The notes: generated from the letters alone by a model not told the origin. 64,000 nt of DNA from an uncultured Endomicrobiia bacterium (GCA_937936785.1 CALDDQ010000006.1:68739-132738), one strand, 5' to 3'. Positions 42,101 to 49,459 are shown, counted from the first letter of the stretch. Made by a program: numbers and translations.

Positions 42101-45100
42101 CTAAAAGTTCTATCACCATTATTCTTATAAACTGATACAATACCAATATTGTTAGAACTTATTCCTACAATTACAAAATCTAAATAACTATCATTGTTAT
42201 AATCTCCCCATGATACTCCTTTTGTATAGTATGAGATCGGATTAAAACTATTCTCTAATTCAAATGTTCCATTACCTTTATTGCGATATATTCTATTTTG
42301 TTGTGTGGAAAGACCAGATCTACCAACTAAAATGTCTATAAAACCATCATTATCATAATCTCCCAAACTTATACTTGTAGGAGTACCTATATCTACTGAC
42401 CAAATATTTATAAAATTTTCGTTTCCATTGTTACTATAGACTCTAAGATACCCTACATTTCCTTCTATAAAATCAAGGTTACCATCGTTGTTAATATCGC
42501 CCCACGAAACACATCTTGTATTTTCAGCTAATGTAGAAACCCAAACTAGTTCAAAGTTGTTATTTCCATTATTGCGATAAATTTTATTTTTTTCTCCAAA
42601 ACCATCTAATGTACCAAAATTTCCTTCTAAAATATCTAAATATCCATCATTGTTGTAATCACCAAGAACTATCTGTGACGTGTTTTCTGCGCCAGTAGAA
42701 CTCCAAACTTCAAAAAAACTTCCAGGAATAACACTACACGTTGTGCTACTTGACCAATTATCCACCTCATCTGCAACACGTATACTAAAATTATGAACAA
42801 CTCGTGGTTGTAATCCTGTCAAAATCAAAACTTGTTCTTGTCCTTGGGATGCAGAAAATGTTTGTGTTGAAAAATACCATTGAACCCAATTTGTAGTATA
42901 ACTAATTTCATACTTACCACCTACTATATCTCCAAAATAATTATTATCTCCCGGTGTTATCCAGGTCAACTTCACTTGTTCATCAGTTACTCCAACAAAA
43001 CTTGTTACAATACCAGGTGCTACAATATCTCTCTGTGCCCAAGTAGTTGCTGTATTAGAAATTTCTGACCACAATGGTACTTCATCCGCAAACCAAATTT
43101 TAATATAATAAGTTACTCCTATGGTTAGTCCAGAAATTGTATGATTAACAACTGACCCCGGAGGTGGTGCAATGTTAAATTTTTCAACATACTGTGCTGA
43201 GATAGTGGACCAATTTATCCCAACCCAAGTTGATACTTGTATTCTACCTTCTCCTTTGTCAAACTGTTTTCTATATCCGTTATCTCCAGGAAAACTCCAA
43301 CTCAACTTTATTTCTCCTTCAAAATTCCCTGGTTCTCCCATAAGGTCTGTAACCATACCAGGTGGTACTGTATCTATTGTAATAGCATAACCTAAATTTG
43401 ACATCTCAGACAAATTGTTTCTTTCATCAAAAGATTTTATTGCAAAATAATATGTCGTATCGCCAGACAAATCTTTTGCAAAACGAAATTCCTGACTTCC
43501 TGCAGATTTTGGTAAATCATCTGGAATAGTACTCAATGTTGATGCAGAATCAAATGGTATGATCTTAACTTGAGTTGTGTTATATTCACCAAGAATAGGT
43601 TCCGGTACAACTTTTTTTCTTACAAAAATATTGTCCACATACCATCCTTCATAAGTATTACTACTTTCATCTACTGTATCAAATGTAAATTTAAGTTTTA
43701 ATGTTCCTGAAAAACCTGATATACCAACCGTTTTCTTAGACCACAAATCTGCTCTATCAGTTTTACTCCATAAAAGAACCCAACCATATCCACTACTTAT
43801 ATATACAGCCATATTATCTTTGTCATCATCTGTGTTATTCCAACTCTGAAAATTTAATTCTAAGTCACAATTTTCATTAAAAACAAAGTTTGGTGTTTCA
43901 GCAGAACCATTATTTGCAGATGGATAAGAATCATAAGTGTCGTAAGATATGCCATTTTTATTCATACTATATTTCAAATGTGGTGTTGGAATATTATTCT
44001 CCCATCGTTGATAATTTTGATGAAATGATATCGTACTAAATCTTTGCTCAAATGTCCATCCTGTATCAAATGTTTCATCTCCAAATACAAATGTATTTTT
44101 TATGTTACTGGTAAACCATGCATTATAATTTCCAAAGTACATATAAATATAATTTTCGCCAGGATAAATTTTTGGAATCTTTACCCAAATGTTTGCTTGT
44201 AAATAATTTGTTTTATTTTCAATCCAGTAACTTAACTCTTTTCTTTCTACTGAATCATCTGTGAACCTCAAATCACTAAAATCATACTTCATTGTTGGTT
44301 CATACCATACTGTAAAATTTAAAGAATAATCTTCAATAGTAGTACTTGAATTTATTTTATACCTTCTTTCCCATTGCCAACTACCACCACCAGAATTTGA
44401 TAAATTTACAATAGCAACTGTAGCACATTTTATTATATAACTTGATACTGTTCCTTCATAATTGTCATCACCTGGAGATATCCAACTTAAATTTATAATC
44501 CCGGCAGTATCACTTGAAGTTGCAACTAAAGTTGTAATTTTACCTGGTAAAACTTCAGTTGCAGATCGCCATTGATAGTTAGAAATTCCACTCATATTAT
44601 TCCTTTCATCAACAACACGAATTGCAAAATTGTTCCATCCTTTAGGGACATTATTAAGAACCAATTCTTCGCTTGTTCCTGCTTGTTGTGGTGCAGGTAT
44701 TGTTGCATTAATTGGAGGCAAAGTAACACTATAAGCACTGTTCCATGATAATTCGTTATCAATTGAATTTATAGAAGAATACCGTATTAAATAACTTGAT
44801 GCTGTCCCTGTTGAATAATCATCTCCGACAGCAATCCAAGTTAATTTTATCTGTCCTTCAACAGAAGTTGAACTTACAACAAGTGTTGTTATTATTGAAG
44901 GAGGAATTTCTATTGGAGAAACACTTATTGTAGTACTTGAAATTGGGGACATGTTCCCATAATCGTCAATAGCACGAATCGCAAAATACCAGATACCTTT
45001 TGGAACATTGTTTATAATAACTTCTTGAGTTGTTCCTGCAACTAATGGAACTGGCGGATTTGTCAATGTTGGTGCTGTGGTTATATCTGTTGCTTTTGAC

Positions 45101-46209
45101 CATAAAGATTCTGTATGTATACCAAAAGATGCATATTTTATGGTATATAAAGTTGCTGTTCCAACATATAAATCATCGCCCGTAGCAACCCATTTTAGTT
45201 TTATTTCACCTTCATTTGAAGTAACCTTTATTGTCAAACCTGTAATTTTACCTGGAGAAATATTGTCCACTTGTGCCCATTGTGTAGTACCGTTAGAAAT
45301 TAAACTATAATTTTGTTCTTCATCGACACTCCATAAACGAAAATAATATGTCACCCCTCTATTTAATCCAGTAATTGTGTAATTAACTGTTGTTCCAGGA
45401 GTTACACCATAAGTTGAAATTGTTACTTGTGCATTCGCAGTTGACCAATATACAATATTAAATGTTGAATATTGAATCTTATAACTTGAACCTTCTTCTA
45501 AAGGATTGGTTATTCCATTATCTTCACCCGGAACTGACCAAATAAGTTTTATTTTACCTTCTGTTTCACCTACAACAGATCTTAAATCTGACACTTTTCC
45601 TGGAGGAACAGCATCCTTGACCTTTATACCCGGTGAATTTGAAATTTTTGACATATTGGAAGTTTCTTTATTAATAGCTCTTATCGCAAAAAATAATACT
45701 TTTTTTGGCAAACCAGAAACAATCCATTGTTCTTGACTACCATATGGTTTTGGTACTGGAACCGAAGAAATAGTTATTGAATTATTCCAAATTTGATCGT
45801 TTGTAATTTGTTCTGTGGAATATTTTATAATATATCTTTCAGCACTACCATCTGTTCCATCATTTCCTGGTGCAGTCCAAAAAAGTTTTATTTCACCATC
45901 GTTGTCACCAGTTTCTCCTGATAAATCTGTTATTTTAGAAGGTGTCGGCGCATAAAATCTAAACAAAATATCGGAACTTGTATGAACTTGCCAAAAACTA
46001 CCGGAATTTGTTGATATAACCATTACACCATTCGTTCCCCAAAAAGATTTTAAATTATACGGTGTGGTGGGAGTGGCTGCAGTAACAGAACTTTGATAAC
46101 AGTTTAATAAATCTCCTCCATTAGACCTAAAAAATATTCTATAAGTTTTGTCTGTATAAAGTGTTGCAGGAGTAATTGTTTTTTCTATCCATGAAAATGT
46201 TGTCGGCAC
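33145..46209 (-). CDS. giant T9SS cargo/adhesin-like protein body (FN3 repeats, DUF2341-like beta-sandwich, 7-blade FG-GAP propeller, C-terminal sorting domain); continues upstream past an in-frame TAA
   Basis: 4354-aa ORF. The N-terminus lacks a signal peptide and the frame is open back to 46395. Many about 90-aa FN3-like units ending in TxYYF[RK]-type motifs. A 'DFSDLRFTDD' beta-sandwich lies at about 44255-44290. A T9SS CTD lies at about 33145-33390. Confidence 0.8.
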   Translation of the reverse strand: MPTTFSWIEKTITPATLYTDKTYRIFFRSNGGDLLNCYQSSVTAATPTTPYNLKSFWGTNGVMVISTNSGSFWQVHTSSDILFRFYAPTPSKITDLSGETGDNDGEIKLFWTAPGNDGTDGSAERYIIKYSTEQITNDQIWNNSITISSVPVPKPYGSQEQWIVSGLPKKVLFFAIRAINKETSNMSKISNSPGIKVKDAVPPGKVSDLRSVVGETEGKIKLIWSVPGEDNGITNPLEEGSSYKIQYSTFNIVYWSTANAQVTISTYGVTPGTTVNYTITGLNRGVTYYFRLWSVDEEQNYSLISNGTTQWAQVDNISPGKITGLTIKVTSNEGEIKLKWVATGDDLYVGTATLYTIKYASFGIHTESLWSKATDITTAPTLTNPPVPLVAGTTQEVIINNVPKGIWYFAIRAIDDYGNMSPISSTTISVSPIEIPPSIITTLVVSSTSVEGQIKLTWIAVGDDYSTGTASSYLIRYSSINSIDNELSWNSAYSVTLPPINATIPAPQQAGTSEELVLNNVPKGWNNFAIRVVDERNNMSGISNYQWRSATEVLPGKITTLVATSSDTAGIINLSWISPGDDNYEGTVSSYIIKCATVAIVNLSNSGGGSWQWERRYKINSSTTIEDYSLNFTVWYEPTMKYDFSDLRFTDDSVERKELSYWIENKTNYLQANIWVKIPKIYPGENYIYMYFGNYNAWFTSNIKNTFVFGDETFDTGWTFEQRFSTISFHQNYQRWENNIPTPHLKYSMNKNGISYDTYDSYPSANNGSAETPNFVFNENCDLELNFQSWNNTDDDKDNMAVYISSGYGWVLLWSKTDRADLWSKKTVGISGFSGTLKLKFTFDTVDESSNTYEGWYVDNIFVRKKVVPEPILGEYNTTQVKIIPFDSASTLSTIPDDLPKSAGSQEFRFAKDLSGDTTYYFAIKSFDERNNLSEMSNLGYAITIDTVPPGMVTDLMGEPGNFEGEIKLSWSFPGDNGYRKQFDKGEGRIQVSTWVGINWSTISAQYVEKFNIAPPPGSVVNHTISGLTIGVTYYIKIWFADEVPLWSEISNTATTWAQRDIVAPGIVTSFVGVTDEQVKLTWITPGDNNYFGDIVGGKYEISYTTNWVQWYFSTQTFSASQGQEQVLILTGLQPRVVHNFSIRVADEVDNWSSSTTCSVIPGSFFEVWSSTGAENTSQIVLGDYNNDGYLDILEGNFGTLDGFGEKNKIYRNNGNNNFELVWVSTLAENTRCVSWGDINNDGNLDFIEGNVGYLRVYSNNGNENFINIWSVDIGTPTSISLGDYDNDGFIDILVGRSGLSTQQNRIYRNKGNGTFELENSFNPISYYTKGVSWGDYNNDSYLDFVIVGISSNNIGIVSVYKNNGDRTFSQEKSLIGISTDPSSVAWGDYDNDGYLDILVGNLGKNQVYKNNNGTDFYFFWESLDVDNTYKVSWGDYDNDGYLDQLISNDGKNRIYRYNNFFNNFNLSWESVKLESTRTSEWGDVDNDGDLDIVFGNYGQKNYVYKSLEAEFSNSNFSPTVPTLFLSWFDSGKLNLRFSGFSDTETGISGLYYNIHITTSILPTDSIIVSGSFGSPLMGNFVRTGSEKNHILKNIIENTTYYWWVKTIDSGLRTSSWSIVQQICPNQSPGIVNHLSALTGANEGEIIFSWIAPGDDNYYGNIVGGKYEIQFSTDGSFSIYDKIIRSTDTILHSSQSIVLTGLINNTSYYIKVRMADEVPNWAEFSVIISTCSRDDYIPPGKITGFSANTGNVDSEIILIWTAPGDNNYTGNVSFGRWQIQYSTSTDFIPSDFVILTTSYIQAEKQTFSLTGLFPGTTFYIKIRASDERPNWSVWSDTVSTFAADLPLSVPTNLTAFTLGETDIFLEWTNPHPPEYFDDRSKYNIYYATYNFESKTDNFVSTKTVFHPSSNTVVTNLIAGVTYYFKLIATDLGDIGFGYFSSPLESELSTAIYTKTLFNPPTGFIAVNITTGSIQWAWKDNSLAEIGYKLKSSTGGILADISFNTTYYNEKNLVPNTSYYRYVVAYNDLVESLISETTARFTLANIPIFNSFTNISTYTIILNWSNNQNPLYTKYFVSVSTDINFTIFSETSNWTNSNNYLFTKLDANTTYYFIGKSQNEEFIESELTFFGSTCTLPTEPKIFYSGIFVSSTASSAKCGYEGRIATFSVKAIASHYYYYWGTDINAIPTTFWDGTEIIKQADSDGFWYFKVRSANYRNVYSVDITTFVINYSGTSPKLLSVSNAVSTNSANFSFDKMMNINVSTNTTYYSVYMSSSPEIILTITSITYISGNTFRIYTQEEHLQQSTYTIKITTTPPTVKDEYGNYIDTNFSTTTFLAFVSNVAPTVNYISLPTQTTDGSGKITVQVEINDENSDKCKLMVSYTTTTDLSVWNKCVISTATASYYDSDGILSIDGLEYQIGESENKQILTNISNQENKITFLFDTLELDSNYYNTVHTSITLTDGNFILSVLSEQFVIDKIAPYNIGITSFSEVLISSINVFQSSVTEIGVGLWQWQVRKSTDGINWIDLIWVSSENPTFYVTELLYNTTYYFSQKFKDTKGNISLWGAIGTTVTLCIEPSTASFSNIFISSIQANWSNNGNPPNKTKYLCEISQDNFENIITSSQTYNLYAIFDNLLPNTTYYFKVKAINHKNVPTKEIYLGTKVTLCSNPVVEGYETITSSAIHSVWTSSLPQNPQGTKYFVQISTNINFLPILNSSTTTNLKAIFTNLFPNTTYYFRISAINYENVTTDFVLFNATSTLCNSPVSVENLFSELSTHTIKVSWSNNFNPIWTKYFIETSSTSNFNSIITSSLTINTNYIFNGLVSNTSYYFRIRAINNNNISTPETEPYYILGTTATLSNVPIIVLSSSITLNTITWNWTSGGSEKEFYSYIIEPSTNSGWIKMTSWTVYNLLPNTEYTLNLKSRNVFDIETNVVSTKTYTAIEPVTDSEIYFVGSSSIGIRILNNLTNITSGQSGVYFYVTSGSGEIKESFWQKSLEFFCTDLTENTSYSYKIKSRNADNVETNFTTEISTYTLIAVPTLSKINIIASSSTFLVVNLSTPPNQSLGQTGCEIVNINTGSSTILTGQYSWQENQLLENTSYYYKARYKNVNGVWCEYSELKYKYTLCNIPKNVSVIVLSTQSVQLSVDSFSNDTIGNSGYEWTCIYDSGGGNSSTQRIFIDDNLLPNSAYQYRIRYKNAEGEFSDFVNTTTIWTFANVPVVPTEPFLDISIDSITVSWWPNNNSLITKYYVECSTTGENFSSIFANSGWIAKTTWTILGLTGNTSYYFRVKARNESLVETTTIFLGVKITPSIPPKNLCKLTATPQSIIWGWEASSGENEFFAEVWTTTTTPYSKLKTSGWINTTYWSTNNELLHNTSYQLFVKARNFGGIETTTSSIVSYTAMKYPTEAVWDYVGTSSISLRLLDVLNNLNLGLSGISFLSMSQGGGSDSRGWSVDPAHTDTGLNENSHYRYIIKTRNVIGEEVSQTLDITTYTLISNPTNNKLWVDIDISSSAFLVIRTSEPLHNATLGQAGVMIECVTTGKIYITTGSYVITDTGLLENTSYEYRIKYKNVNGIWSEYNTTVLRKYTKTRVPQNFVMNTELVAGAIFMSVEKFRNDRSELSRYYFDCIEGAGGYSVDTSANATLIAGLPPNEKYTYSVRYTNGDGVFSSSVTMSRYTLANDPDIPIISTYSTTTFNLKISPNDNPQNTKFIIYVSTYSNFSSSVSVQTDGTLSLIPFWQTYSSWGGDVGTNVVGLIPNTAYYVRVKARNEDNIETKYSEIVTVVTHSLPPQNVSLETLSSNAIELKWAHPIGGVAGYKIERSTDTNYWVQLTSSCIDTSFIDTNLILDTTYFYRIASYNLNYLLSQATTVSTYAQDNFPPGKVKDLTAVKGTSIGQIKLTWTYPGDDGYVGSVVDGAVEIKYSSSMVSNANSAEFMIYFTTSFSPSVSASIILSDLLPKTTYKFWIRTKDDIGHWSEYSDAVQIVTKYVASVISHYPQNNDAGIANTIIPTIYYDDYIDTMTISNAVKIFEIKNNLNQQINQEVNYRVFSLDNLEIKLIPVEVLNKNYKYKVTISSGVKDIFGNTIDQKIDFVFTTIMDYEKENKFALEEDKTVVEIYPNTLSQDAYLIIGKDPQSNQVDVKPQKIEIANDKITKVEDKTSLVNTMREFVLYDENKNVIKRNFKNKIKITIPYKDDDQDGYIDNLSKKVKEKTLKIYYLDEEDNVWIRIPDSVVDIEENTVSVYVQHFSVYMIVGEEDYSLDDAYAYPVPYRPNTDSSHKKITFTNLSREAVIKIYTINGELIKTIKEPQDDGIEDYKTSWEDVNVGSDVYIYIIENKKNKKTGKLIVVR
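41700..42700 (-). repeat. seven tandem FG-GAP/VCBS-type repeats (WGDYDNDGYLDILVGN...) forming a predicted 7-blade beta-propeller inside the giant gene
   Basis: Seven copies of the G-D-[YVI]-[DN]-N-D-G-x-L-D motif at about 40-aa spacing. Matching DNA motifs TC[AG]TAATCTCCCCA recur on the plus strand. Confidence 0.7.
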
Positions 46210-46395
46210 ACTAGTAGAATTCGCTAATACACCTGAACTTACTATTGTACCACTACCTCCACCAGTTATATCTCTTAACTCATAATCTATTGAATTAGTA
46301 GGATTACCAACTTTTCTTACATAAAACCCAACTTTTGTAATTGTTGTTGTAAAATTAAATACAAATTGTTCTCCAATTGATACTCCTGCACCAAC

Positions 46396-47055
46396 TTACC
46401 ACTTACGAATATTCTCTACCTGTATTCTTACAATAGAATTCCCATGGTAAAATCCATCACTATATTTTATTAAAAAAATCGGCATATAATTTTTAACATT
46501 CCAACTATTAGAAGACCATTCTATATAATTTAAATTGTTGTCCTCAATTTGATTTTCTGGAATTAAATTTACTCTAGGTAAAGTGTATACTGTAGTAATA
46601 TAATTGCTATCCATACCATTATAATCTATAACTATATGATAAACTTTGTCTTTAACTAATGTTGTGCTTGAAATATTAATCGTTGCCCATGAGTTTGGGG
46701 AAAAAGAATTATAAAATGTGTAAGACAACCATATATTATTTGGTTTTCCATTACCATCATCTCCCATTATACCTATCTTATAATTTGGACTACCAATTAC
46801 ATTTGCAACAGGATACATAATTAGATCAATAACACCATCTTTTGGTGCTGTAAAACTAAATGATAAATATTTTAAATTTAATGAATTTATAGGAGGACTG
46901 ACTGGTTTAATTCCAGCTATACTTTGATTACCCACATACTCGCCAGCAAAAAGATTTGATAAGTTGAAAAGAATAAAAGAAAAAACAAATATTAAAAAAT
47001 AAATGTTAAAAATTTTATCATCCATCTTTTGATTAATAAAATTTTTGTTTATCAC
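46396..47055 (-). CDS. N-terminal signal-peptide-bearing segment of the giant adhesin gene (separated from the body by a single TAA at 46396-46398)
   Basis: 219 aa. 'IFNIYFLIFVFSFILFNLSNLFAG' signal peptide. Same reading frame as the 33145-46209 ORF. The 62 intervening codons have no stop and look protein-like (…DITGGGSGTIVSSGV…). Confidence 0.7.
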   Translation of the reverse strand: MINKNFINQKMDDKIFNIYFLIFVFSFILFNLSNLFAGEYVGNQSIAGIKPVSPPINSLNLKYLSFSFTAPKDGVIDLIMYPVANVIGSPNYKIGIMGDDGNGKPNNIWLSYTFYNSFSPNSWATINISSTTLVKDKVYHIVIDYNGMDSNYITTVYTLPRVNLIPENQIEDNNLNYIEWSSNSWNVKNYMPIFLIKYSDGFYHGNSIVRIQVENIRKW

Positions 47056-47119
47056 CTTTTTAATTTTATAATTATTTTAATAATTTTAATAAAAAATATT
47101 TACTTAAAGAACCTATTTC

Positions 47120-47128
47120 ATTATACCA
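47120..47128 (-). promoter_or_regulatory. extended -10 promoter (TGgTATAAT) upstream of the giant adhesin gene
   Basis: Minus-strand reading is 'atgaatatggTATAATgaaatagg', about 65 nt upstream of the 47055 start. It is preceded by tandem A/T-rich 'ttacaactttttta' repeats (UP-like). Confidence 0.4.
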
Positions 47129-47227
47129 TATTCATATCACAAAACTGTAAAAAAGTTGTAAAAAAGTTGTAAATTTTTGTTTATGTGCTTTAAGAATTTG
47201 GTAGGATTTATAAAAATTTTAAAATTT

Positions 47228-48277
47228 TTAATATGATTTCAAAATTTTTATAAGTTCTTCTGTGGAATTGTCAAACCTTACTTTTTTTATAGGCTTACCT
47301 TTGGCAAATAAAAGACCTACACCTTTACCAAAAGCTATTCCTAAATCAGCATTTTTTGCCTCACCAGGTCCGTTAACTTCACAACCCATAATTGCTACCT
47401 TTATAGGTTTTTCAAAAAATTTTATATTTAATGAAGGTAGTTCTTTTTCAAAAGAAGATACTATTTTTTGTAAATTTATCTTACACCTACCACATGTTGG
47501 ACATGAGATTAGTTCTATTCCATAGTTACGCAAATTTAGTGATTTTAAAATTTCATACCCAACTATTACTTCATCTATAGGATCACTTGTTAAAGAAACT
47601 CTTATTGTATCTCCGATACCGTTATATAACAGTACTCCTAATCCTATGGCAGATTTTATACTACCTACTAACTTTGTCCCGGATTCTGTAATTCCTAGAT
47701 GCAATGGATAATTGTATTTTTTTGCAATTTGATGATAAAGTTTTATTGTAGAAACCACATCAGACGCTTTGGCTGAAATTATTATATCACCGAAATTATT
47801 TTTTTCAAACATTTCTATATAACTTTCTAATGTTTTCATCATTGTAGTTTCAAGGTTCATTTTATCTTTTTTTATTGAACCTGAGTTTAAACCAAGCCGA
47901 ATTGGAACTTTATTTTTTTTTGCTTCGTTGATTATTAATTTTACTCGTTCTTCAGAACCAATATTGCCAGGATTTATCCTAATCTTATCCGCACCACTTT
48001 TTATAGATTCAATTGCTAATCGGTAGTCAAAATGTATATCTGCAACTAATGGTATTTTTATGTTTTTTTTAATTTGTCTTATAGCATACGCAGAATCTAA
48101 GTCTGGTACCGCTACACGTATAAGTTCACACCCTGCTTCTTCTAACTGTTTTATTTGTTTTACTGTCTGTTTAACATCAGTAGTTTGCGTTTTTGTCATT
48201 GACTGAACAACAATAGGGTTTCCACCACCAATTTTTATCCCACCTACAGTTATAACCTTCGTCCTACCTCTATACAT
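47228..48277 (-). CDS. ispG: 4-hydroxy-3-methylbut-2-en-1-yl diphosphate synthase (IspG/GcpE)
   Basis: 'ELIRVAVPD', the TIM-barrel domain, and the C-terminal 4Fe-4S motif 'CPTCGRC...GC'. The start is taken at the internal Met (MYRGRTKVITVGG), because the longer ORF runs into the IS200 hairpin. Confidence 0.85.
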   Translation of the reverse strand: MYRGRTKVITVGGIKIGGGNPIVVQSMTKTQTTDVKQTVKQIKQLEEAGCELIRVAVPDLDSAYAIRQIKKNIKIPLVADIHFDYRLAIESIKSGADKIRINPGNIGSEERVKLIINEAKKNKVPIRLGLNSGSIKKDKMNLETTMMKTLESYIEMFEKNNFGDIIISAKASDVVSTIKLYHQIAKKYNYPLHLGITESGTKLVGSIKSAIGLGVLLYNGIGDTIRVSLTSDPIDEVIVGYEILKSLNLRNYGIELISCPTCGRCKINLQKIVSSFEKELPSLNIKFFEKPIKVAIMGCEVNGPGEAKNADLGIAFGKGVGLLFAKGKPIKKVRFDNSTEELIKILKSY

Positions 48278-48288
48278 AGTTTCGTAGT

Positions 48289-48304
48289 GCACCCTTAAGG
48301 GTGC
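48289..48304. repeat. perfect 16-bp palindrome (left-end hairpin of the IS200-like element; REP-like)
   Basis: GCACCCTT|AAGGGTGC, immediately upstream of the ispG start. Confidence 0.7.
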
Positions 48305-48311
48305 TTTACAA

Positions 48312-48797
48312 TTATAACACAAATTTGTCTATTGGAATTTGCATCTTTTCTCTTGTTTCACCAAAATATTGTCTATAACTTGAAAATTCGTAATCTTTAA
48401 CATCTATAACCAATTTTTGTCTAACAGGATTGTTGTGAATATAATTTATTCTATTAATCAACTCTTTTTTATCTTTCAACACAGTCTCATAATACCTTCT
48501 CTGCCATACATGATCTGTTTTTTTATAAATTTGATTATATTTTCGTGCAAAATTACCCTTAATAAAATTCATTATCTTTGATAACGAATATTTTTCTGAT
48601 GGAGCAATAATTATATGAAAATGTTCTGGCATTATTACATAACCAAAAAGTTTAAATTCTAATATGAACCTATGATATGATATTGTTGCCAAAAGAAATC
48701 TTGCATTTATTGGTTCTAAAAATATTTTTCTTCTTAAATACGTAACTGATGTAACAAAATAAACGCCTTCTTTTTGAAAAAAATGTTTTAGTTTCAT
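48312..48797 (-). CDS. tnpA: IS200-like / REP-associated tyrosine transposase (HUH Y1 transposase)
   Basis: 161 aa. HUH motif 'MPEHFHIIIAP' and catalytic Tyr region 'NYIHNNPV'. Confidence 0.8.
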   Translation of the reverse strand: MKLKHFFQKEGVYFVTSVTYLRRKIFLEPINARFLLATISYHRFILEFKLFGYVIMPEHFHIIIAPSEKYSLSKIMNFIKGNFARKYNQIYKKTDHVWQRRYYETVLKDKKELINRINYIHNNPVRQKLVIDVKDYEFSSYRQYFGETREKMQIPIDKFVL

Positions 48798-48810
48798 TCA
48801 AGTAATATTG

Positions 48811-48836
48811 GTAGAGCACCATTAATGGTGCTCTAC
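48811..48836. repeat. perfect 26-bp palindrome (right-end hairpin of the IS200-like element; REP-like)
   Basis: GTAGAGCACCATT|AATGGTGCTCTAC. It shares the GTAG.GCACC core with the left hairpin. Confidence 0.7.
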
Positions 48837-48844
48837 ATAAAAAA

Positions 48845-49459
48845 TCAATTTTTATTCAAAATAATTTCTATCAATTTTTCTACAGGTTCTTTTAAATGAT
48901 CATATCCGTTTTGTTCATTTTTTATTACAACAATTTCATACTCTTTAAGTTGCACTAATTTATCCTTGTCATCGTATAAATAAGTTTTTTCCATTTCTTC
49001 TCTTGAAACCAGATGGTCATCAGTTCCTGCTGCAATTGCGTTTTTGTGCCGTTCAACATTACGTTCCCAACATATTTCAAATGAACAATCAATATAAACT
49101 ATTACAGAATTTTTTAAAATTTGTTGTGAAAAATTTTTCAGTGCATTGACATAATTTGAACGTGAAAATTCTACAAATATCACCTCATCACTTTTAAACT
49201 TTAACAAATCTTTGTTAACTTGTTTTAAAATATCATCCCAAATAGTATCATCTGTAACTTTATACCCTCCATCGGGCGTTTTTTTACATCGTTTCCATTC
49301 ACCAGTTTTTTCATCATTTTGAAATATTGCCCACAATTTTGGGAAATCATCCACTCGCGGATATTCTTTGCCAACATTTTTTTGTTTTAATTTATCTATC
49401 ACCATTCTATAAATTGCTGATTTGCCACAACCTGGCCTTCCTAATAAAAATATGTACAT
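48845..49459 (-). CDS. P-loop NTPase, small kinase-like (AAA_33/zeta-toxin/nucleoside kinase-like) hypothetical protein
   Basis: 'LLGRPGCGKSAIY' Walker A at residues 5-17. 204 aa. No further recognisable motifs. Confidence 0.5.
   Translation of the reverse strand: MYIFLLGRPGCGKSAIYRMVIDKLKQKNVGKEYPRVDDFPKLWAIFQNDEKTGEWKRCKKTPDGGYKVTDDTIWDDILKQVNKDLLKFKSDEVIFVEFSRSNYVNALKNFSQQILKNSVIVYIDCSFEICWERNVERHKNAIAAGTDDHLVSREEMEKTYLYDDKDKLVQLKEYEIVVIKNEQNGYDHLKEPVEKLIEIILNKN

Larger units (their letters stand above)
48283..48838 (-). mobile_element. IS200/IS605-family (RAYT-like) element: single HUH tyrosine transposase gene flanked by subterminal palindromes
   Basis: The tnpA ORF lies between two related perfect palindromes, GCACCCTTAAGGGTGC (48289-48304) and GTAGAGCACCATTAATGGTGCTCTAC (48811-48836). 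No target duplication is expected for this family. Confidence 0.65.

Noticed and set aside
33145-46209. Periodic DNA repeats inside the giant gene (for example the TC[AG]TAATCTCCCCA series at 41.7-42.7 kb) as a possible CRISPR or tandem-repeat array
   Set aside because: They are in-frame codon repeats encoding FG-GAP (WGDYDNDG) and FN3 units. They are imperfect, have variable spacing, and sit inside one continuous ORF. There is no repeat-spacer architecture.
46209-46209. GTG at 46209 as the genuine start of the giant protein
   Set aside because: The resulting N-terminus (MPTTFSWIEKTI...) has no signal peptide, although the protein carries a T9SS CTD that requires Sec export. The frame is open for 62 codons upstream. 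A signal-peptide ORF sits in the same frame just beyond one TAA.
47056-47227. Tandem 'gtaaaaaagtt' direct repeats upstream of the giant gene as a possible mobile-element end or attachment site
   Set aside because: Only 2-3 short A/T-rich copies, adjacent to a good extended -10 promoter. More likely UP-element-like promoter context.
47228-48322. Longer ispG ORF starting at 48322 (MCYNCKAPLRVHYET...)
   Set aside because: The extra 15 codons run through the IS200-like hairpin and have no counterpart in IspG proteins. The internal Met at 48277 gives the canonical N-terminus.
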